Of a DNA stretch of 64,000 nucleotides, positions 55,301 through 64,000 are shown piece by piece. The position numbers were made by a program, and so were the translations under genes. Numbering within the stretch: position 1 is the first letter of the stretch; every line of letters begins with the position of its first letter. Location of the stretch: NCBI RefSeq assembly GCF_009914755.1, contig NC_060933.1. One strand, 5' to 3'. The DNA comes from the human T2T-CHM13v2.0 reference genome, Homo sapiens. The notes under the pieces were generated by a model. It did not search any database. It worked only from the letters and a program-made list of their open reading frames with translations, and had not been told where the DNA came from.

Positions 55301-55612
55301 AATGTCCTGTGAGTTTTCTGCAGACATCTAGCAGAACATAACTGCCCCCTCGAGTGAATGCTACACCACCTGGATTCAACAATACATATCACTTTGGCCA
55401 TCCATGACCTCCGCCTTCTCAAACTGATGTACGACTAAAAACTTAATATTTTCACACTAGCACAAGCATTGTGTCTTGTGTACATACATTATCTCTAACA
55501 AGACACAAGCATTGTGGCTTGTGTATGCACATTATCTATAACAATGTTATTTAATATAATTATACACAAAAATAAAGGGAATTTGGAGGGCCAGTTTGAA
55601 ACAAAACCAGAA

Positions 55613-55926
<314 letters not shown>

Positions 55927-55983
55927 TCAATTTTTTTTCCATCTTGTTTCTTAAATCCAACCAGTTCAACATATCCTCATGTA

Positions 55984-56395
55984 CTGGTTAAGCTTCCCTA
56001 AACCAAAAATCTGAAATCCAAAATGTTTCAAAATCCAAAACTTTTTGAGCACTGACATGACACCGAAAGTGAAAAATTCCACATCTAAGTACTTAACAGA
56101 AACTTCATTTCATGCACAAACTTATTTAAAAGATTGCATAAAATTATCTCTGTGCAATGCATATAAGACATATAAAATATAAATGAATTTTATATGAAAT
56201 TTCACATACATGAAATATAAATGAAAGGTAAATATAAAATATAAATGAATTTTGTGTTTAGACTTGGGTCCCATCCCCAAGATATCTCATTATGTATATG
56301 CAAATATTCCAAAATAAAAAAATAAAATAAAATAAAAATCCAAAATCTGAAACACTTTTGGTCCCGATCATTTCAGATAAGAAATACTCAACCTG
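55984..56395. mobile_element. Tigger4b/MER46-type (TcMar-Tigger) element
   Basis: TIRs ctggttaagcttccct...aagaaatactcaacctg flanked by TA on both sides; internal gacttgggtcccatccccaagatatctcattatgtatatgcaaatattccaaaa. Confidence 0.85.
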
Positions 56396-56458
56396 TATCA
56401 TAATTACCCTGATTCTACAGGCAATTAATGCAGTTTCAGTAAGAAAATTAAGAAAATA

Positions 56459-56527
56459 GGGAGTCTCTCTGAGCCTATTCTGGCTTGAGAAGTTGCCCAG
56501 TAAAAAATAATAAAAATAAAATAAAAA
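56459..56527 (+). mobile_element. Short ERV1-LTR-derived fragment (MER51/MER57-group R region) with A-rich tail
   Basis: gggagtctctctgagcctattctggcttgagaagttgcccag resembles recalled MER57-group LTR sequence, followed by an A tail and an approximate TSD. Confidence 0.55.
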
Positions 56528-58740
56528 CTAAGAAGAAATAAAATATACAGATCACTAATTAGAAAATAAACTATAAATCATGGGGTTAAGTTGGTCACTT
56601 TTAATTTTTTGCAAAAGTGAAGATACCCAATGACCACTGGCTACCATGTTGTGCTAGTGTAAAAATATATCACCCTGGAAAGAAATTCCAGTGGTAACTG
56701 ACTCTTTTAGCACCATTTTACTCAATGTAAGCAACACCAAGAACAGTGTCATGCTACCTAAAGAGGTACTAGGTCTGAAGAAAGCCACATGCTCATTTAT
56801 TCTTTGTAGTAAAATCTATTCTTTATCATCATAATTATTCTTCTAACCTAAAAGAGGCTTTAATTAGATGTTCAAAAAATAGATCAAATTAGGTGAATAT
56901 TCAATTTGCAAACTCAGCCAAACTCGACAGGTTTCATTCTAATTACATGCAGATAGATACATGGAGACACATATGTTCACCACAGTTTTCCATGTGCTTC
57001 CTCTTTCAGGCAACTGCAAGATTAAGCCAAACTGTATGGCAAAGCGTTCCAGAAAGTACCATCTTACATAGAATAAGATAATTTCTGATTTTTAATCTTA
57101 ACTGTAATACTAAGAGACTGCATCAAAACAAAGACTAGACGATTTACTTGTTTAAAATGTCAATTATATAAAGAGATGGTGAAATTACTACTAGAAGAAA
57201 AAATGCAGGCCGAAAACAATAAAAATAGTGAAAAATATTTGGAAAATTGCAATGTATATGCACTGTGTTAAGTGATTCATAACTGTCTTTCAATTAAAAC
57301 TCGAATCTTTACTATAATAGAATTCCAAGAGGGATTTTCTTAGTCTCAAAATTGTGTCTACAATCTGAAATTGAGAACAAAAAGTGCAAAGTATTCCAAA
57401 AGTTAGAGATAGCTTGCAGTGAGCAAGCCAGAAGCTTGTGGGAACAATTACATACCTTGAGCTCAGACCAAAATATACCAGAGCAGATCCTGCTACAAGT
57501 ACCTCCCCTCAGCCTGTCCACCCCTTCCCCAGCTGTCACAAGAAGAGGATCAAAGAGGAGCACTGAACAGCTTTGTGGGGAGTTCAGCGGAGAGAGAGAA
57601 GACTCAATTCTCTCTCCTCTCTATGGGAAAGGGGAGGGAGGTACTCCTTGCCCCAAAGTGATGAGGTTTCAAAATCAGCACTCAGAAGATTAGGGATGCA
57701 TGTAGGCAGACAGTGGCCTCTTATTCCTTGGTTGGATGCACACAGCCCCACTCTGGTACTGTTACTAGAGGGTAGCGGGGTGAATTTCAAGGAGAGCTTC
57801 CAGAGAGCTCAGGAATATGGCATCTTATTTGTTTTACTCCCCCTCCACTATGGAGAAAAGAAGTTTCTTACCATGTATCTCCTGAAGGCTGGGGTAGACC
57901 TGAGCAGAGAGACTGGCGCTCACTTCTGCTATAGAGATTTCTGAGGGTATAAGACCCAATATGCAGTCCATACCAGAAAGACAGACAGACAGTGGTGAGG
58001 TGTACCAGGGAGAAGGATGTGGGAAATCCCATCCCTAGAGTTTGGGTTGGGGGCTGGAGGAAGTCCCTAGTATTTTCCATTCTCCCATATAAAAAGACAC
58101 CAAGGTTAGTGGAAGGAAATAGGCTGCTGTGCTATCCAAGTCACCTCAAGGAGAAGTCGTGGAAACCCCAACTCATGCAAATCTGGAAGTTTCAAAGAGA
58201 GACAAGGACCTTTTAGGATACAGTAAATTAGAAGAGTAAGAGTAGAGAAATAGGTTTGTCCAAGAACCAAGTGAGTGATAATCCAGGAAAAGTAGGCTGG
58301 AGTCACAAGGTGGGTCACCTGGAATGCCAGTTAAAAGAAGTCATAGAGGTTATGAATAACGTGGAGGTTATGAATAATGTAGAGCCTGTGAAGGTTTGAA
58401 GCTAGAGAGTGAGCAGTACTGTAGGAAGGAGGAGTGGGAAGTTAATCAAATATCAAGCAAGAACTTTGCAAGTCCCTGTGAAATGATGTCCTGCTTTCTC
58501 TCTCCTCTCCTACTTGTGCCAAAGAAGTTCAGATTGCTAAAGAGAAAGATTATAGGGGTCGGTGTTTTCTGCCTCTTTTTTTTTTTTTAATTCATCAAGT
58601 AAGACAAGTGAGTAAATTATCAAAAATCACTCAGCTCACTAACAGAGGGACAGTTCACTCTTTGAACCCATGGTTTTCTTCTCTAACCCCTTGACTTGGG
58701 CAGGAGGAAAAGGCATCAGAAAAAGATCTACTTATTTAAC

Positions 58741-59206
58741 GAAAATCCCTAATAAGACACAACTGTATTAACTTTAGGCATTATGTGGTACATTAGATAT
58801 TTAGACTTGTTCGTCCTATATATCTGCTATTTTGTATCCTCTTGACCTATATCTCCCATTTCCTTTCCCTCCCCTGACCTGTAGTAACCACTGTTTCATT
58901 CTGTATCTCTGTGTATTACATCCATTACACAGAGAATGAAACAGTGGTTACTATAGCTATATCAGCTTGAATGTATGGATTATAGTCTACATGTAAGTGA
59001 GATCATGCAATATTTTGCTTTCTGTGTCTGGCTAATAAGTAGATTTTACCTGCTTTTGTCAGCTAAAATATGTGAGATGACAGATGTTAATCTGCTTCAC
59101 AACAGTAACCACTATGCTATCTATATGTTTCTATATATCTATAAGTATCCCATACTTTCGCGTTCTAAACTTTAAATATGCATAATAAAATTTGTTTTTT
59201 AAAAAT
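58741..59206. mobile_element. L1MA 3' UTR insertion with 5' inversion (minus 58741-59034, plus 59035-59206)
   Basis: Minus-oriented gtattaact...ttgtatcctcttgacc...gtaagtgagatcatgcaatattttgctttctgtgtctggct abuts plus-oriented agtagatttt...tatgtgagatga...gttaatctgcttcac...aataaaattt. Confidence 0.75.
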
Positions 59207-62200
59207 CTATTCAGTTGACAGAAATGGATGTCATTTACAGTGTTCCAAAAGAAAGGATGACAAAAAGAGATTCAGTGCCCCAATAGCAAGAATACAATAG
59301 GTCACCTGCCAAAGCACTGAAGAACTAAGACTAGGGGTGTGGATGACCACTGGGTATGTGAAATGCTACAGAGAGGCGACAGAGAATGAGACCCAGTAAA
59401 AGCACATTTCTTTCAGTAGTTAGAGAGGATCACTGGTACATTTGAGAGAGCAGCTGAGTTTTTCCGGAGGAAGACAGATTGAAGGGAAGTAGGTGGTGAA
59501 GAATTAAGGCAAAAATTTCTTGAAAGTGTGAGGACAAACACAGCCTGTGTGTGTGGATGTGGAGGTGGGGGGAGGATGTTTCCTTCACTTAATACTGTGG
59601 CAATAGAGACATTCTTGTATATTCCATTTCTACCTATACAGTGTGCTTGGAGAGTATCAGCTTGAAAAAGGAAAGTGAAGAATACAATTAAACAAAATAA
59701 AGACAAAATAGAAAATAAATGTATTCTAAACGAATAACCCAAAATTTGAACAACTTAATTTTGCAGAAAAATGATGCGATACTTCTCATTTAATTTTTTA
59801 AAAATATATGCAAGGTATCATCCCTAAACTAATATTCACTAAATGAATTTAAAATACAACTAAAGTAAAATGAGAGTGGAAGGCATATAAATTAGTAAGT
59901 CTTGAAAAGGTGTTTTGGAAAAGGGGAAAAGTAACAATGGTAGGAAATATGTATCATGTAAATTAAAAGAAGCAAAAGGGAATGAAAGTTCGCCCAGGAT
60001 ACAGAACATATTAAAGATACTTTTAAAGCTTATTGCTGTAAGTATACTTTTAAAACTTATTGCTAGAATTTTCCTGAATCCATTTTCTAAACTGTAAAGC
60101 AGTTTAGAAAAAAAAGTCCACTTTTTAAAAATGTACCTAGCCAAATATTTTATCTGTAGGAATCAGAGAAATGCCTACACTGAATACGGAAATACATTCA
60201 CTTCCAGTAACCTAAAAGGGCACATTTAAAGAGGCATAGACCTAAAAAGAAATCTCCAGAAATTATTTTTTACACACCTATTGCTTGAAGAGACTGCTGC
60301 ATCAAAAGCTGCAACTTACGACTTTTAGAAAACACGCCGCGTGCCTTTCTTGTGGTTCCATATGAAAGAACTGTATCTAGAAAGGACCCTATTTTTATAC
60401 TTTGCACTATTTGTCCTGAATCCTTTGAAAACTCTCTTGGACAATTTCAAAGATATTGGAGTAACTAAATGTTGGAAAAGATACATTCTTTACATACATA
60501 CTCAAATATTCATCAGGAAAGGTAAACATCTCACGAGTCCATAAACATTCATGGGTACAAAATGTTTTCATTCACAAGTTTTCATTCAAACTAAATTACC
60601 AGTTAAGGCTATTATCTCCTCATACATGTGTTAAATTATCTATTTGTGTTGTACCATCTTTTTGGTTGTTTACTGTTCATGTTCATGACAATTTGAAGTC
60701 AATCTAACACTAATAAAACCTTTGATGTAACCTTCTTGGTTTAAGTTACCTCTAGATCTTCTTAAATCCATTTCTTCGCTGAGACGTGAAAATAATTTTA
60801 TTAGTACAGAAGCTCTCTAATTAAACAGAATGAGATTCAAGTAGTTTATGCAAATGGGTTTTCATCATATGATACCAAATGCAAATTAAAGGGAAAAGTC
60901 ACCTGAGACAGACATTAATTTTCCCCAAAAGAATTTGACACTACACATATCTACAAAACATATTGACTAAAATTTTCATTTCAGACCTTCAACTTTGTCT
61001 AAATGTAATCTTTCGTGCTTTATTAGGGTTGGGCAGGATGTTACAGATATTAATAGTGACATGCTAGGGTTCCTTGTAACACACATTTAACTCTACCTTC
61101 TTATAATTACTCATTAATTTGCTATTTCACTTCTTAAAAATATTAAAAAGGGTGTAAAGTTAGAAATTGAATATCCTCTAATGAACAAATCTCCAGTTAT
61201 TAAATACTCTTAGGAAAGCACCACTTCACAAATAGATGATGTCACATACTGTCCCTGAAATAGTATTCCTTTCAGATGAACAGATAAAAATGGCAACTGA
61301 TTATGAAATTTTTAGTTAAGGACCTAAATATAATGTCCCTAGTTAGCAAGGAACATGTAACATACCTTCATTTTCCAACATCTTAATTTTTGTACTCTGT
61401 GTGGGGGGGGTGGGTGGGTATGTGGGGGTGTATTTTTAGAGGCCTAAATCCTCTCAATCTTTCTGTTTCAATTCTGCCAATTAAAAACAGTAGACACAGC
61501 AAATAAATGTAACTGGAAAATTTATATGGAAAAGAATCAGAAACCTCCTATCCATTTCCTATATTAAAATGAGCTTATCAAACCTGCAAAACTTAGGTAT
61601 TTCATAAAACACTTGATTTTTTTTCTACTAAGATATCCTTACACATCTTACCATAGATATTTCAAGCTAATTTGTATTAGCTGATTTTTTTTTTTCTCTG
61701 AGAATATCAGATCATCTCTCAAAGTATTTTTCTCTATGAAACACAGCGGCTGTCTCCATTTAAAGGAAAACACACACATACGCACAGCTAAAGGTTAACT
61801 GAAACGTAAGTAGAAATTGCACAAAACAAAATTTGAAGCAAGTTATGACCTCTTTCTCATGTTGTCACCTATTTTCCCCATCCTAAGCTTGAGTTGGCTC
61901 CATCTGCCTAATTATAAGCTTAAAACCCTCTGGGTGGTGACTGAGTCTATATTCTGCACTGCACTTAACACATTTTTCATGCTCTATAAATTATTAATAA
62001 TAACAGTAGTAATAGCATATACTTTTCCTACTATAAAAGAAAATATGAACCTCACAACTGCCACTTATTTACACTCTCTTAAGCCTTCCAGATAACAGAC
62101 AGCTGGGTAATGGTTACTAAGATGACTTTGCCTCTTCCTTCTATTCCATTTTTAATTCTCCTTAATGTATCTCATTTATGTTTTTCTCTTTCTATATTTT

Positions 62201-62342
62201 TAATTTATCCCTCTAATTTCTTGACCTCGTATATTTATTCTCTTATTCTGAATGCAAAGCAGCACCAGTATTTTTTAATTTAGCTGCTAAGGAAAATATC
62301 TCTATTTGTGTATGTTCAATTGGCATAACGAGTGCACTGAAG

Positions 62343-62573
62343 TAGTGTTTCTCAACTTTGGTGCTATTGACATTGGGGGCTGCATGATTTGTTATAAGTG
62401 CTATTGACATTGGGGCTGTCCTGTGCCTTGCAGGATGTTCAGCAGCACCCCTGACACCCACCCAGTACATGCCAGTAGCACATCCTGCCCCCTATTCTGA
62501 CAACCAAAAACGTCTCCAAACGTTACCAAATATTCCCTGGGAAACAACTTCCCCACCAGGTGGAGACCCACTG
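62343..62573 (+). mobile_element. MER20 with internal duplication
   Basis: agtgtttctcaactttgg...attgacattgggg...ctgtcctgtgc...aggatgttcagcagca...tgacaaccaaaaacgtctcca...gagacccactg. Confidence 0.88.
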
Positions 62574-62745
62574 CAATATGGTAAAACTATTCCCTTCACT
62601 GTGTCACATTGCTGGAGCTAAGACGGAATAAAGATGTGATAAATATGAAATGGGAATAACAAAAAATCACATAGACACACACACACATATACGCATCCAA
62701 AATTATTTTGAATGTGCAATTCAAGCATTTAAAAAGCCTGAAGTT

Positions 62746-63084
<339 letters not shown>

Positions 63085-63699
63085 TTATTTGATGGCTAAA
63101 AAATTAGTTCTGCTACTTTACTTATGAAAGCTAACCTGGAAGAGCTCTAAGTAAGGCACTAGCTGTGATTTAAGACCAGTATGTTTTAACATCCAATTAA
63201 AATAAATCCTTCTAACAGCACTTTTATAAAATCACTTAGCTTGTTAAAACATATAAAATGTTTGGCTCCCCTGGGCTAGATTATGATTAAGGTACATTCA
63301 GAGAGGAAAAAAATGCTTCTCATTTCACAAGGTCACAGTCCATTTCCAAATGAGCTTATACTTCACTATTTTCCAAATTGGGTTGTTTTTTGTATGTGTT
63401 TTTTGTTTGTTTGGGGTTTTTTTGCTTCCTTCACTAAACTAGCCAAGGTCCTCCTACTTCTGAGCATTACTGTAAATCTAGATACTGTCAAATAGCATTT
63501 AATCTCCAATGAATTTTAAAAGCCTTGTAAATTACAAAAGAAATAACCAGGGTATATTTTTTTTTCCTTTTAAGTTTTCTCTCCTGTGGTCAGTAAATAC
63601 ATGTCAACATCCACCTTCTTTATTTTAAGCACCAATGCAGATAGCATTAAGTGGATGTCGCATACACTTGGGACATATGGGAAGCCTCATGAGATAATG

Positions 63700-63927
63700 T
63701 TTACATGCTTGAGATCCGCAGTTGATTCCACCCGGGTTTGAAATCTGGCTCCCAACCTTTCTCCCCTATGTGTCTTTGAGGATGTTGCCCTCTCTAAGCC
63801 TCTAGTTCCTCAAGTGTGAGGGGTGGAAATTTTTGTACCTATTTTATGGAATTGCTATGAAATGGAAATACAAAGGTTTTATCACATATCCTGCAGAGTG
63901 AGCTGTATAATAAATGTTGACTATTAC
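63700..63927 (+). mobile_element. MIR
   Basis: ccgggtttgaaatctggctcc...ctctctaagcctctagttcctc...gtacctattttatggaattgctatga...aataaatgttgactatta. Confidence 0.75.
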
Positions 63928-64000
63928 AGATTCATTAATCAATAGATGAGCTTCAACGTAAGTATTGTCTCACGCAAAAACCCCACTCCTCCCCCTCCTA

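Noticed and set aside
57312-58216. Cluster of ORFs up to 123 aa in a moderately GC-rich stretch, including a gagagagaa/ttctctctc stem
   Set aside because: No protein similarity recognised; probably a decayed LTR that I cannot assign; the stem is low-complexity.

Overview
Primate (very probably human) genomic DNA lying entirely inside PTPRD (receptor protein tyrosine phosphatase delta), which is transcribed on the minus strand. Only two coding exons are present: 25256-25401 (146 bp) and 21874-22015 (142 bp). Together they encode the first Ig domain ([14 protein letters not shown]...RLTVLR), including the KKGKK glycosaminoglycan-binding loop. Neither exon appears in the supplied ORF track; the listed ORFs are repeat-derived or chance. 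The rest is AT-rich intron with about 12 Alu/FLAM copies, L1/L2/MIR fragments, three solo LTRs (MER52, MLT2, MLT1) and several DNA-transposon relics. I see no prokaryotic-type system, CRISPR array or structural RNA gene. The best leads are RNA-processing and RNA-structure signals: (1) a near-consensus recursive splice site (polyY-CAG|GTAAG) at ~54055; (2) a 72-nt pre-miRNA-sized hairpin with a perfect 21-bp stem inside an old L1 (58882-58953); (3) a 288-nt stop-free two-exon module that could form a rolling-circle circRNA; (4) a regenerated 5' splice site at the junction of the two exons; (5) an ancient ~85-bp palindrome (3743-3830); (6) a tiny poly(A)-tailed retrocopy of an LTR fragment (56444-56540). 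Repeat family names come from recalled consensus sequences, not a database search, and boundaries of old repeats are approximate.
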